A stretch of DNA of 42,881 nt from Bacteroidales bacterium (GCA_018400695.1 JAGYMF010000003.1:1-42881), one strand, 5' to 3'. Positions 18,913-28,530 are shown, counted from the stretch's first letter. Numbers and translations are program-made. The notes: generated by a model from the sequence alone, not told the origin.

Positions 18913-20281
18913 GCTTCTCCATTCTTCTGTATAAAGAGGTACGTGTTAATCCCAGCTGTGATGAGGCCTGACTGATGTTTCCCTGGTTCTGCTTCATCAC
19001 CTTGTTGATCACCGCCTTTTCGATTTCGTCCAGGTTGTACGTTCCAAAGTCATTGCCGTCGAACGATGCTGAATGATCATTGGAAAGCATAAAGTCCTCC
19101 GCACCCAGGCTGGTGCTGTCACTCATGATCACCGCCCGCTCAATCGCATGCTGCAGCTCCCTGACATTTCCGGGCCACTGGTACTGGTTGAGCTTCTTGA
19201 TGGCGGATGACTGGATGTTGCGGATCGACTTTTTGTATTTCTTGCTGTAAATCTTCAGAAAGTGATCGGCCAGGATCGGGATGTCGCCGGTACGGTCCCT
19301 CAGCGGGGGAAGGTGGATCTCAACCGTATTGATCCTGTAAAGCAGGTCCTGCCGGAAGTTGCCCTTGCTGACATCCTCGTGGATGTTGATGTTGGTGGCA
19401 CAGATGAGCCTTACATCTACCGGCAAGGGCTTTGTGGCACCTACCCGGACCACCTCCTGCCGCTCGATCACGGTGAGCAGCTTTGACTGAAGGGGGTAGG
19501 AGAGGTTGCCGATCTCATCCAGGAAGAGGGTGCCGCCCGAGGCGATCTCAAACCTACCCTGCTTCATCTTGTGTGCATCGGTGAATGCCCCCTTCTCATG
19601 ACCAAAAAGTTCACTCTCAAAAAGCGTCTCGGCAATAGAGCCCAGGTCGACACTGATAAAGACCTCCTCCTTGCGGATGGAGTTCCGGTATATGGCCCTT
19701 GCAACCAGCTCTTTTCCTGTACCGTTCTCACCGAGGATCAGCACGTTGGCATCCGTGGCAGCCACCTTTTTGATCGTCCGGAATACCTCCTGCATCTCCG
19801 GCGAATTACCAATGAAGTCGGTGAAGGGCTGGTCCAGTACCGCACTGATCTCCTGTTGCCTGATCTTGAGTGATGCTGCCTGTACCTTCGACCGGTGGAG
19901 GTTCACGGCAGAATTGATGGTGGCCAGGATCTTTTCGTTCTGCCAGGGTTTTAACACAAAGTCAGTCGCCCCTGACTTGATCGCCTTCACAGCCTTTTCA
20001 GCATCACCGTAAGCTGTAATAAAAACCACAACGGCATTGGGGTCCAGGTCGAGAATAACACTCAGGGCATCAAAACCCTCCTGTCCGCTGATGGCATCCT
20101 TGGTGAAATTCATATCGAGCAGGATGACGTCCCAATCCTCCTTTTGCATCATTGCGGGAATCTGCTCCGGACCGCTCAGTGTCTCTATCCGTTCAACGTG
20201 CTGGCGCAGCAATAGCTTCAGCGCAAACAGGATGTCTTCATTGTCGTCGACAACCAGGATCTTTCCTTTTTTTTCGTCCAT
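18902..20281 (-). CDS. Sigma-54-dependent response regulator (NtrC family: REC-AAA+-Fis HTH)
   Basis: VVDDNED, LLDMNF; GENGTGKE; ESELFGHEKGAFTDA; WPGNVREL; C-terminal GNISQASSQLGLTRTSLYRR. Confidence 0.95.
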   Translation of the reverse strand: MDEKKGKILVVDDNEDILFALKLLLRQHVERIETLSGPEQIPAMMQKEDWDVILLDMNFTKDAISGQEGFDALSVILDLDPNAVVVFITAYGDAEKAVKAIKSGATDFVLKPWQNEKILATINSAVNLHRSKVQAASLKIRQQEISAVLDQPFTDFIGNSPEMQEVFRTIKKVAATDANVLILGENGTGKELVARAIYRNSIRKEEVFISVDLGSIAETLFESELFGHEKGAFTDAHKMKQGRFEIASGGTLFLDEIGNLSYPLQSKLLTVIERQEVVRVGATKPLPVDVRLICATNINIHEDVSKGNFRQDLLYRINTVEIHLPPLRDRTGDIPILADHFLKIYSKKYKKSIRNIQSSAIKKLNQYQWPGNVRELQHAIERAVIMSDSTSLGAEDFMLSNDHSASFDGNDFGTYNLDEIEKAVINKVMKQNQGNISQASSQLGLTRTSLYRRMEKHGL

Positions 20282-20398
20282 GGGTATATATTTTTTTAAT
20301 TACCGGTTTTTTGTACACAAAAAAAATGCCTTATCCACTAAGGAATTAAACGACAAATAGTTTTCGTGCAGACAGCTTGAGCAAATATAGTAAAAAGG

Positions 20399-20435
20399 TG
20401 TACGTTTCCGAACAGCTGACCACCATTATCGAACA
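20399..20435. promoter_or_regulatory. Putative enhancer (bEBP binding sites)
   Basis: Imperfect palindrome TGTACG-N4-CGAACA (20399-20414) plus a second CGAACA half-site 21 bp further (20430-20435), 65-100 bp upstream of the -24/-12 site. Confidence 0.55.
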
Positions 20436-20500
20436 TTTTTTTTTCCTGCTATCTTCTCTGTTTTGTATTAAAGGATTGATTCTCAAAAAGGTATTTTCTT

Positions 20501-20516
20501 TGGCACAATAAATGAA
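20501..20516 (+). promoter_or_regulatory. Putative sigma-54 (-24/-12) promoter for the MFP-TolC genes
   Basis: TGGCACAATAAATGAA (GG-N10-GA variant), divergent from the bEBP gene. Confidence 0.6.
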
Positions 20517-20615
20517 TTGTCCATCAGCAAATAATCAATTTTTTATACGTGAACATGGTTATTTGCGAAGGATAAGTTACTGCTTATCAAGATCAATAAA
20601 TTTAAAACTGACAAC

Positions 20616-21884
20616 ATGGACGGAATGGACCGTATCATAGAGAAAAAGAGAGGACTGACCAGAAAAACTGCGATGTATGGTGTCATGGGCATCCTGATCC
20701 TGACAATGGCAGGGATCCTCATCTTCGGAGATAAAAGTTCAAAGTACAATGTGGAGCTGTCACGGCTGACCATCGACGAGGTCAGAATGGATGTGTTCCA
20801 GGATTATATCACTGAGCAAGGGGTTGTGCAACCGATCAGGACCATCTACCTTGATGCTGTGGAAGGCGGACGCGTGGAGGAGATCCTGATTGAGGAGGGC
20901 AGCACGGTCAGCAAGGGCGATGTGATCCTGCGGATGAGCAACAACAACCTCCTCCTGGAGATCACCAACAACGAGGCCCAGGTGGTGCGTGCAATCAATG
21001 AACTACGTACAGCCAGGCTGTCGATGGACCAGCAGAAGCTGGCGAACAAGCAGCAGATCATCCGGCTCAACAACCAGGTCAAGCAGGAGAAACGGATGTT
21101 TGAGAAGAACAAGCTGCTGGTGGCCCAGAACCATATCTCTCAGGAGGAGTTCGACCGGTCGGCCGAGGCCTATGAAACCTCCCTGGCACAACTGGATCTT
21201 GTGAAGGAGACGTACAGGAACGACTCCATCTACCGTGCTATTCAGATCAGCTCGCTGGAGTCTTCCGTGAAGAGCATGGAAAAGAGCATGACAATTATCC
21301 GTAAGAGACTGGAGAGCCTCAATTTTAAAGCCCCCGTGGATGGCGAACTTGCCACGCTGACACCCGAAATCGGTCAGGTGATCAACTATGGCACCAGGGT
21401 GGGGACGATCAACATCCTTGAATCGTATAAGATGCGTGTGGAAATTGATGAGCATTATATTGCCAGGATACATACCGGTCTTACCGGGGAATGTGATTTT
21501 GCCAATAAATCTTATCCGGCAGAGATCGCCAAGGTATACCCGGAGGTGCAAAACGGGCGTTTCGGTGTTGATATGGTCTTCACGGGAGATGTTCCGGAAC
21601 AGATCAGGATCGGACAGGCATCCCGTATCAGGCTGCAGCTGGGAGAATCAAGGGAGGGTTTGCTGCTTTCCAAAGGAGGTTTCTACAGCAAGACCGGCGG
21701 ACAGTGGGTGTTTGTGGTGGATCCTTCGGGCGATTTTGCAGTGAAGCGGGATATCTCCATCGGAAGACAAAATCCACGGTATTATGAGGTGCTTTCGGGA
21801 CTTGAGCCCGGTGAAAAGGTGATCACATCAAGCTACCAAACCTTTGCCGATCACGATAAGCTGATCCTCAAAGACAACAATTAA
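20616..21884 (+). CDS. Efflux periplasmic adaptor subunit (HlyD/MacA-type MFP)
   Basis: N-terminal TM; EGGRVEEILIEEGSTVSKGDVI lipoyl half, coiled coil, KAPVDGEL, EVLSGLEPGEKVI. Confidence 0.92.
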   Translation: MDGMDRIIEKKRGLTRKTAMYGVMGILILTMAGILIFGDKSSKYNVELSRLTIDEVRMDVFQDYITEQGVVQPIRTIYLDAVEGGRVEEILIEEGSTVSKGDVILRMSNNNLLLEITNNEAQVVRAINELRTARLSMDQQKLANKQQIIRLNNQVKQEKRMFEKNKLLVAQNHISQEEFDRSAEAYETSLAQLDLVKETYRNDSIYRAIQISSLESSVKSMEKSMTIIRKRLESLNFKAPVDGELATLTPEIGQVINYGTRVGTINILESYKMRVEIDEHYIARIHTGLTGECDFANKSYPAEIAKVYPEVQNGRFGVDMVFTGDVPEQIRIGQASRIRLQLGESREGLLLSKGGFYSKTGGQWVFVVDPSGDFAVKRDISIGRQNPRYYEVLSGLEPGEKVITSSYQTFADHDKLILKDNN

Positions 21885-21965
21885 ATACTGCTTTCAGGTC
21901 GTATTGTACGGACCATATATTGAAAAAGTACTGTACATGATCCATATATTTAAAGACACGCTGAT

Positions 21966-23327
21966 ATGAAACCCTTTATCATTAACGTACTGGCCCTGTC
22001 ACTGTTTACCATCTCAATTTCTGCCCAGGAGCAGGACAACTGGCCGCTCGACAGATGCATTGTATATGCCATGGAAAACAATATCTCTCTAAAACGGGAA
22101 GCATTGTCTGCCGAGCTGGACAGGAAGGACCTTGCGCAGAGCAAGCTTGACCTGCTTCCCGATCTGAACGGACAGGTAGAGCACAACCTGGGCGCCGGAC
22201 GGGTGCTCGACCGGGGAACTTACGAGTGGGTGAACACCGATGTGAGCCAGGGAGACCTGGGTGTGGTAAGCAGTGTGACGTTGTTCGGAGGATTGACGGG
22301 ATACAATTCGATAAAAATGTCAGAGGCCGGATCGCTGGCCTCCCTCGCGCGACTGGAGCAGCTGGGGAACAATATCCAGTTGCAGGTGATGACTGGTTAC
22401 CTTGACCTGTTGCAAAAGATGGAACTGTATGAGATTGCTGTGGAGAAGGCCGATGTTACAGCAATGCAGGTCGATCGGATGAAAAAGCTGCAGGAGGTTG
22501 GAAATGTTTCGGCAGGAGAAGTTCTCGAGGTGAAGGCCCAGCTGTCATCAGAGAAATACAACATGACCATGGCAAAGAACGCGATGGATGTGGCAAAGCT
22601 TACCCTGGTCCAGCTGCTGAACCTGCCGGATCCGGAATCGTTCAGCATCGAAAAGCCGGCCATAGAGGATCCGTCGCTATTGAAAATACCAGATCTGGAG
22701 ACTGTATATACGCTTGCTGTTAAGAAACTTCCACAGGTCAGGGGCGCTGAACACAACATCAATTACCAGGAGAAAAACCTGGCTGTGGCACGTGGCCGGC
22801 TCTCCCCGGAGTTGTACCTCCGCGCACTCTACTATTCCAACTACAGCGATAAACTGATCAACCCCAGGGAGGTGAACCCTTCCGAACCGGTGTTGAATTA
22901 TCCCGTTCCTCAGCAGGTGTTCGACAACCAGTACAGGCAGGTGAGCATCGGATTGAACATCCCAGTATTTAACAAATGGCAGCACCGTACGAATATCAGC
23001 AAAGCGAAGATCGGACTTGAGGATGCACACTATGAGCTGGAGCTTACCAAGCAGCAGCTGTTCAAGGAGATTCAGCAGTATCATTCGGATGTCAGGGCGG
23101 CGTATGACAAATACCAGGCAGCGGTCGAATCGCACGAAAACAGTGAAGAGGCATTCCGCTATGCGGAGGAGAAGTTCAAGGTAGGGATGGCGACAGCCCT
23201 CGAACTGGAAGAGGCACGCAACCGCCTGTTTGCTGCCCGCGCAGAACAGGTCAGCGCCAGGTACCTTTTTATCTTCTACATGGAGATCCTTGAATTTTTC
23301 TCGGGAGAGGAGATATCGCTGACCTGA
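21966..23327 (+). CDS. TolC-family outer-membrane efflux protein
   Basis: Signal peptide; LDRCIVYAMENNISLK, LNIPVFN, AEEKFKVGMATALE helical repeats. Confidence 0.92.
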   Translation: MKPFIINVLALSLFTISISAQEQDNWPLDRCIVYAMENNISLKREALSAELDRKDLAQSKLDLLPDLNGQVEHNLGAGRVLDRGTYEWVNTDVSQGDLGVVSSVTLFGGLTGYNSIKMSEAGSLASLARLEQLGNNIQLQVMTGYLDLLQKMELYEIAVEKADVTAMQVDRMKKLQEVGNVSAGEVLEVKAQLSSEKYNMTMAKNAMDVAKLTLVQLLNLPDPESFSIEKPAIEDPSLLKIPDLETVYTLAVKKLPQVRGAEHNINYQEKNLAVARGRLSPELYLRALYYSNYSDKLINPREVNPSEPVLNYPVPQQVFDNQYRQVSIGLNIPVFNKWQHRTNISKAKIGLEDAHYELELTKQQLFKEIQQYHSDVRAAYDKYQAAVESHENSEEAFRYAEEKFKVGMATALELEEARNRLFAARAEQVSARYLFIFYMEILEFFSGEEISLT

Positions 23328-23422
23328 ACAACCTGTAAGCAGTAAAATAGCGCTGTTTATTCTTGTCTTTTGCACTTCGGTCAAAAAAAACAGGTCAGCA
23401 ATTATTTAATGGAGGAAACTGT

Positions 23423-23430
23423 TAATTTTG
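23423..23430 (+). promoter_or_regulatory. Bacteroidota -7 promoter element
   Basis: TAATTTTG about 20 bp before ATG 23450. Confidence 0.5.
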
Positions 23431-23449
23431 TTCCTCAAATTTATCCTTG

Positions 23450-24019
23450 ATGAAGAAAGCATTTCTTGCCATTGCTGTGTGCCTGTTTTTCACTGTCCTT
23501 TCGCATGGACAGGTCATTAATTTTGCCAAAACATTGCCTGTAAGGGCATTTAGTCTCTCAGTAGCACCGGTTTATAATGTACCCAATGTGTTTCACCGCG
23601 ATATGGAGGGGGTCTCCTATATGCTGATGGCCGGGTATGGCTTAGGCTACGATGTGGATATGAGCCTGAAATACGCCTATACCAACAGTGACGATTTTTT
23701 TGGTGTTGACGTACAGTATCTTTTCAGGGAGACCAGGAGCAGTTACTACTCCTTCTTCGGTGGCATGCACAAGTGGGAGGAGTACGGCATTGATCTCACA
23801 GTAAGCTACACCCACACCCCACAGTACTGGATCAACCTCTCAGCCGGACTCGATATGGATGTCGATTTCACCAGTCAGCTGGAGCTCAGGGCCTGGATTC
23901 CGCTGAACGTGGGGATCAACCTGGACGACCGCTATTACCTGTTCCTCGAGTACGACCTGCCTGCCAATGAGCGTGCCTGGGATATTCTGGGTGGCGGTAT
24001 CACCTTTATCTTTCGCTAA
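23450..24019 (+). CDS. Small outer-membrane beta-barrel protein, hypothetical
   Basis: Signal MKKAFLAIAVCLFFTVLSHG-Q; amphipathic strands; C-terminal GGGITFIFR beta-signal. Confidence 0.65.
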   Translation: MKKAFLAIAVCLFFTVLSHGQVINFAKTLPVRAFSLSVAPVYNVPNVFHRDMEGVSYMLMAGYGLGYDVDMSLKYAYTNSDDFFGVDVQYLFRETRSSYYSFFGGMHKWEEYGIDLTVSYTHTPQYWINLSAGLDMDVDFTSQLELRAWIPLNVGINLDDRYYLFLEYDLPANERAWDILGGGITFIFR

Positions 24020-24088
24020 CGACCGGTGCTATTATCCACACCATGGATGGACAACCTGATCCTGCGTTGCCACAACGCCTTCAGCAGT

Positions 24089-25759
24089 TCAATCCCTTTC
24101 CCGGTCATAGACCAGCGTTCCGCCTGAATAGGTCTGCATTACCCGGATATGTGGAATATTTTTTTCCGGTGCCGTCATGATGTCGGTTTCCGTGACCACG
24201 AAGTCGGCCAGTTTTCCTTTTTCGATGCTCCCCTTGAATGCCTCTTCGAATGCGGCTTTGGCTGCCCAGGTGGTCATGGCACGCAACGCCTCCTCCCTGG
24301 TGAGTGCCTCTGACATGATGAATCCCTCTGCGGGATAGCCTGCATGGTCCTTTCGGGCCACGGCGGCGTAGAAGCCGTACAGTGGATTGATATCCTCGAC
24401 AGGAAAGTCGCTGCCATTGGGGATCCATCCCAGCTGGTTCATCAGGGTCCTGTAGCTGTATGCGCCGGTCATCCGTTCTGCCCCCAGCCGCTCTTCCGCC
24501 CAGTACATGTCGGACGTGGCATGCGTCGGCTGAACAGAGGGTACAATGCTGTATTTTCCGAACAGTTCGAAATCGTCCGGATGGATCACCTGTGCATGTT
24601 CGATCCGCCAGCGCCTGTCATTTTTTCCACCGAGCAGTCCGCCATAGATCTCCAGCATCCGCCGGTTGGCAGCATCGCCGATGCAGTGGGTTGCTACCTG
24701 GAAATTATTTTCATACGCCAGGCGGCACCACTTTTCCAGTTGCGATTTTTCTGTAATGAAGAGTCCGCTGTTGCCCGGATCGTCGGAATACGGTTCAATC
24801 ATACGGGCGCCCCTGGACCCCAGTGCACCATCGGCATACAGCTTAACCGTTCCTACCGTAAGCCGCTCTGTCTGCAGCATCCCATGTGTGATATAGGTGT
24901 TGAGGTTATCCTCCGACGGTTCGAGCCAGGCGTTGATCCTCATTTTCAGTGTGCCGGCTGAATGCATTGAATCCAGCAGCTGCACCACTTCCCTGGTGAG
25001 CCCTGCATCCGACAGGGAGGTGAGTCCCACGGAAAAGCAGTTCTCCTCTGCCATTTTAATGCCCGCCACGGTCGCCTCGCGGCCGGGCAGGGGGATATGC
25101 ATATCCACCAGCTGGATGGCATTGTCGATGAGGATCCCGGTAGGTTCGCCGTTCTGTACGATCACCTCACCACCGGCGATCCTGCTTTCTGCCGTGATGC
25201 CGGCGATCTCCAGTGCTTTGGAGTTGGCCCATCCGGCGTGTCCGTCGACCCGTCGCAGCAATACGGGAATATCGGGAAAAAATTTGTCAAGATGTTCTTT
25301 TCCGGGGAACGTCTGCACCGTCCAGTCGTTCTGGTCCCACCCGCGTCCTGTGATCCAGAAGGGTTGTCCGGGATCACTTCCGGGCTTCCGTGCGGGATGG
25401 TTTTCGGCAAATGTTTTACAGCGATCCACGATCTCTTCGATCGATGTGGTGCCTGTCAGCTCCACCTCGTTCAGGGAGAGGCCGTAGCCGACGAAGTGGC
25501 TGTGGGCGTCATTCCATCCGGGGTATATAAAACAGTCTTTCAGCGAGATAACCATCTTCGCGCTGTACTGCTGTTCCATCGCTTCGGATGTTCCGGTATC
25601 CACAATTTCTCCATCCCTGACAACGAAAGATTCCACAACGGAGAAAGCGGGGTCCACAGTATACACGGTGGCATCTTTCACGAGGAGATCGGCTTTTTCT
25701 TTATTCATCTGACAACCTGTAAATATGATCAATACGGTGAGTACAATGTTTCGCATCAT
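24089..25759 (-). CDS. Amidohydrolase family 3 (YtcJ-like) lipoprotein
   Basis: Lipobox FTG-C; PGWNDAHSH, DGHAGWANS, KLYADGALGSRGA, THCIGD, RIEHAQ, GSDFPV. Confidence 0.92.
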   Translation of the reverse strand: MMRNIVLTVLIIFTGCQMNKEKADLLVKDATVYTVDPAFSVVESFVVRDGEIVDTGTSEAMEQQYSAKMVISLKDCFIYPGWNDAHSHFVGYGLSLNEVELTGTTSIEEIVDRCKTFAENHPARKPGSDPGQPFWITGRGWDQNDWTVQTFPGKEHLDKFFPDIPVLLRRVDGHAGWANSKALEIAGITAESRIAGGEVIVQNGEPTGILIDNAIQLVDMHIPLPGREATVAGIKMAEENCFSVGLTSLSDAGLTREVVQLLDSMHSAGTLKMRINAWLEPSEDNLNTYITHGMLQTERLTVGTVKLYADGALGSRGARMIEPYSDDPGNSGLFITEKSQLEKWCRLAYENNFQVATHCIGDAANRRMLEIYGGLLGGKNDRRWRIEHAQVIHPDDFELFGKYSIVPSVQPTHATSDMYWAEERLGAERMTGAYSYRTLMNQLGWIPNGSDFPVEDINPLYGFYAAVARKDHAGYPAEGFIMSEALTREEALRAMTTWAAKAAFEEAFKGSIEKGKLADFVVTETDIMTAPEKNIPHIRVMQTYSGGTLVYDRERD

Positions 25760-25814
25760 CTTTTTTTTGTAAATGTAGATATTCCTGCCGAAAAAAAAAG
25801 ACAGCAGCATCATC

Positions 25815-25915
25815 TGTCCGGTTGGGGAGGCTGGTGAACTGTCTGCCGCAAGCATCAAAAAGGGCGTTGTTGCAGCAACAGGAGATGTCCGGCTGTGGAG
25901 GCTGGGGAACTATCT
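25815..25915 (+). repeat. Imperfect 30-bp direct repeat (two copies, 71-bp period) in a divergent intergenic region
   Basis: tgtccggttggggaggctggtgaactgtct (25815-25844) vs tgtccggctgtggaggctggggaactatct (25886-25915), 26/30 identical. Confidence 0.7.
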
Positions 25916-25972
25916 TTCCCTACTACAACTGCGGATGTTGGTTCGGAAAGCATGCGGTCCCTCTTTTTTGTG

Positions 25973-25980
25973 TATTTTTG
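25973..25980 (+). promoter_or_regulatory. Bacteroidota -7 promoter element for cca
   Basis: TATTTTTG-ca, 6 nt before ATG 25987. Confidence 0.5.
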
Positions 25981-25986
25981 CAGTAT

Positions 25987-27516
25987 ATGGAGCATCTGAA
26001 ACAACACCTGGGCAACCCGGTTTTTCAAACGATCGCGCAGATTGCGGATAAGGAGGGGCTGGAGACGTATGTGATCGGAGGGTTTGTCAGGGATATCCTT
26101 CTTGGCAGGTCCCCTGAACAGGCAAAGGATATAGATATTGTGGTGGTGGGAAGCGGCATCAGGCTGGCTTCTGAAGTGCGGGATCAGTTGGGAAAAAATG
26201 CAAAGCTGGCTGTTTATAAGAATTTTGGCACAGCACTCGTGAAGATTGGCGAACAGGAGATAGAGTTTGTCGGTGCAAGGAGAGAGTCCTACCGCAGGGA
26301 TTCCAGGAAGCCGGTTGTGGAGGATGGGACATTGCAGGATGACCAGCTGCGAAGGGATTTTACCATCAATGCCCTGGCGATCTCACTCAACAAGGATACC
26401 TACGGTGAACTGCTGGACCCATTCAACGGGCAGCAGGATCTGCGTGAAGGGATCATCAGGACTCCCCTGGAACCGGAAAAGACCTTCTCGGATGATCCAC
26501 TGCGCATGCTGCGGGGGATACGGTTCGCTACACGGCTTGACTTTAAGATCGATCCGGAAACCTTTGGGGCCATCCATGCTGCCAGGGAGCGGATCCGCAT
26601 TGTTTCCCAGGAGCGGATTACCGATGAGCTGAACAAGATCATGATGGCCGACCGTCCGGGCAGGGGGTTTATCCTCCTGGACAAGTGCGGACTGCTGAAG
26701 ATCATTCTGCCTGAGCTGCACCGCATGAAGGGGGTGGATGCCGTGAAGGGCATCCGGCACAAGGACAATTTCCTCCATACGCTGGAGGTGCTGGACAACC
26801 TTTCCGGGAGGCGTGACGACCTCTGGTTGCGGTGGGCTGCGCTGCTCCACGATGTGGCCAAGCCTGTGACAAAGAAATTTGAACCGGGAACCGGCTGGAC
26901 CTTTCATGCACACGATTTTATTGGTGCTAAAATGATCCCGTCGATCTTTAAACGGCTCCGCCTTCCGCTGAACGACAGGATGAAGTATGTTCAGAAACTG
27001 GTGAAGCTGCACCTCAGGCCCATCGTGCTTTCGCAGGAGACTGTGACCGATTCGGCGGTGCGGAGGCTGTTGTTCGATGCAGGGGATGAGATCGATGATC
27101 TCATGGACCTTTGCGAGGCGGACATTACCTCTAAGAATGAACGGACGGTGCGCAGGCACCTGCAGAATTTTGCCATTGTGCGGCGCAAGATTATGGAGAT
27201 CGAACAGAAGGACCATATCCGCAATTTCCAGCCGCCGGTCACGGGCGATGACATACAGCATCTTTTCGGCATTCCGCCGGGAAGGAGCATCGGGATCCTG
27301 AAAAACACCATTAAGGAGGCGATCCTCGAAGGGGAGATCCCCAACCAGTTCGATGCCGCCTATGCTTTGTTGCTGGAGAAGGCCCGGGAGCTGGGACTTG
27401 AAAAGATGAATGACCTGCGGCGGCCTGCAGAAGGCGATGCAGAAGGCGACGCTGGGGAGGATGCATCCCCCGCTAAGGTGTCTGGAAAAAGAGCAGCAGG
27501 GGAAGGTGGTCACTGA
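25987..27516 (+). CDS. cca: CCA-adding tRNA nucleotidyltransferase with HD domain
   Basis: GGFVRD..DIDI, ARRESY..DDQLRRDFTINA, DDPLRMLRGIRF, ALLHDVAK; no poly(A) polymerase GRRF motif. Confidence 0.9.
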   Translation: MEHLKQHLGNPVFQTIAQIADKEGLETYVIGGFVRDILLGRSPEQAKDIDIVVVGSGIRLASEVRDQLGKNAKLAVYKNFGTALVKIGEQEIEFVGARRESYRRDSRKPVVEDGTLQDDQLRRDFTINALAISLNKDTYGELLDPFNGQQDLREGIIRTPLEPEKTFSDDPLRMLRGIRFATRLDFKIDPETFGAIHAARERIRIVSQERITDELNKIMMADRPGRGFILLDKCGLLKIILPELHRMKGVDAVKGIRHKDNFLHTLEVLDNLSGRRDDLWLRWAALLHDVAKPVTKKFEPGTGWTFHAHDFIGAKMIPSIFKRLRLPLNDRMKYVQKLVKLHLRPIVLSQETVTDSAVRRLLFDAGDEIDDLMDLCEADITSKNERTVRRHLQNFAIVRRKIMEIEQKDHIRNFQPPVTGDDIQHLFGIPPGRSIGILKNTIKEAILEGEIPNQFDAAYALLLEKARELGLEKMNDLRRPAEGDAEGDAGEDASPAKVSGKRAAGEGGH

Positions 27517-28444
27517 TCCCCCCGCTGTATGCAAATCCCCGGTAGGTCCTCCGCGGCCTCATCCCGGTATGCTTTTCATCCCGCTCCAGTAAAAAGGGCA
27601 GTCCTGGCACTTCAGCCCTGCAGCTGGATGCAGAGAGCCTTCCCCCGGTAAAGACATGGTCCACCGAATTCCACTTTCCCTGGTACTTGTACGTGTGCTG
27701 ATCAGCCGGCGGGATTACCTCACTCAGGCCACTCTTCCTGCCCACGCTTTCGAGCGGACGTGACCCTGTGGCATCGTTCAGGTCACCCCCGGCGATGACC
27801 AGCAGCCCCGGCCGGACGGTCAGGGCATCACCGATGAACAGGTCGATCGTCTTCGCCTGTATCATCCGCTTGTGCTCCGTCTCCATCGCGCCGCCATACT
27901 TGGAGGTCCAGTGGTTCGCTGCTACGAGCACCGTGTCGGTGTCCAATGCGAAGGTGGCAGCGAGGATCTCGCGGGTGTGCATAGGCTCACCCTTGCTGTC
28001 GCTGATCCCGATCCAGGTGGTGTCGATACATTCGGCCAGGTCGCTCCTGTAGAGCATCCCCACATCGATCCCCCGGTGGTCGGGACTGTCGCGGTGGAGG
28101 ATTTCATAACGGAAGTTTACCAGCAGCGGGTGTGTGGCAATGTCGGCGAGCACTTTCCGGTTTTCGATCTCGCTGAAGCATATGATTTCCGGCGGCTCCC
28201 AGCCATTCACCGCCAGGATCACCTTGCAGATCTCCGCCACCTTCCTGTTGTAGCGGTAGAAGGTCCAGCGCCGCGCTCCGCCGGGGGTAAAATCTTCATC
28301 ATCTCCCGACAACGTATCGACGGAGGGATGGAACATGTTCTCCACGTTGTAGAACATGCAGCAGTAGCTCCGGCTCTCTTGCCGGGAGATGAGCAGCTGC
28401 GGACAGAGCAGGAGCATGGCTGCCAGGAGGAAAATATTTTTCAT
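27473..28444 (-). CDS. Secreted endonuclease/exonuclease/phosphatase (EEP) family protein
   Basis: Signal peptide; FYNVENMF, EIEN, DHRGIDV, NHW, GDLND, DH, SDHLP. Confidence 0.9.
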   Translation of the reverse strand: MKNIFLLAAMLLLCPQLLISRQESRSYCCMFYNVENMFHPSVDTLSGDDEDFTPGGARRWTFYRYNRKVAEICKVILAVNGWEPPEIICFSEIENRKVLADIATHPLLVNFRYEILHRDSPDHRGIDVGMLYRSDLAECIDTTWIGISDSKGEPMHTREILAATFALDTDTVLVAANHWTSKYGGAMETEHKRMIQAKTIDLFIGDALTVRPGLLVIAGGDLNDATGSRPLESVGRKSGLSEVIPPADQHTYKYQGKWNSVDHVFTGGRLSASSCRAEVPGLPFLLERDEKHTGMRPRRTYRGFAYSGGISDHLPLLLFFQTP

Positions 28445-28530
28445 GGTACCGGATTGATGAAATGGTTTCGCCGGAGGCTGCGATCAGCGCTCCATACCGG
28501 TATATGTGATAAGCGGTAAAAAAATCGGAT

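Noticed and set aside
24032-24040. Perfect DnaA box TTATCCACA (another at 11353-11361, near match at 20331)
   Set aside because: Isolated boxes, one inside a CDS; no cluster or AT-rich unwinding element, so not oriC
25815-25915. Two 30-bp repeats with a 41-bp gap as a mini-CRISPR
   Set aside because: Only two copies, four mismatches, no palindromic repeat structure or cas genes
25987-27516. Poly(A) polymerase pcnB
   Set aside because: Lacks the PAP-specific GRRF signature and has the CCA flexible loop and HD domain
26383-27534. Long antisense ORFs (383 aa here; also 33314-34363, 29005-29928, 1688-2605)
   Set aside because: Shadows of well-supported genes caused by codon bias at moderately high GC; no domain motifs
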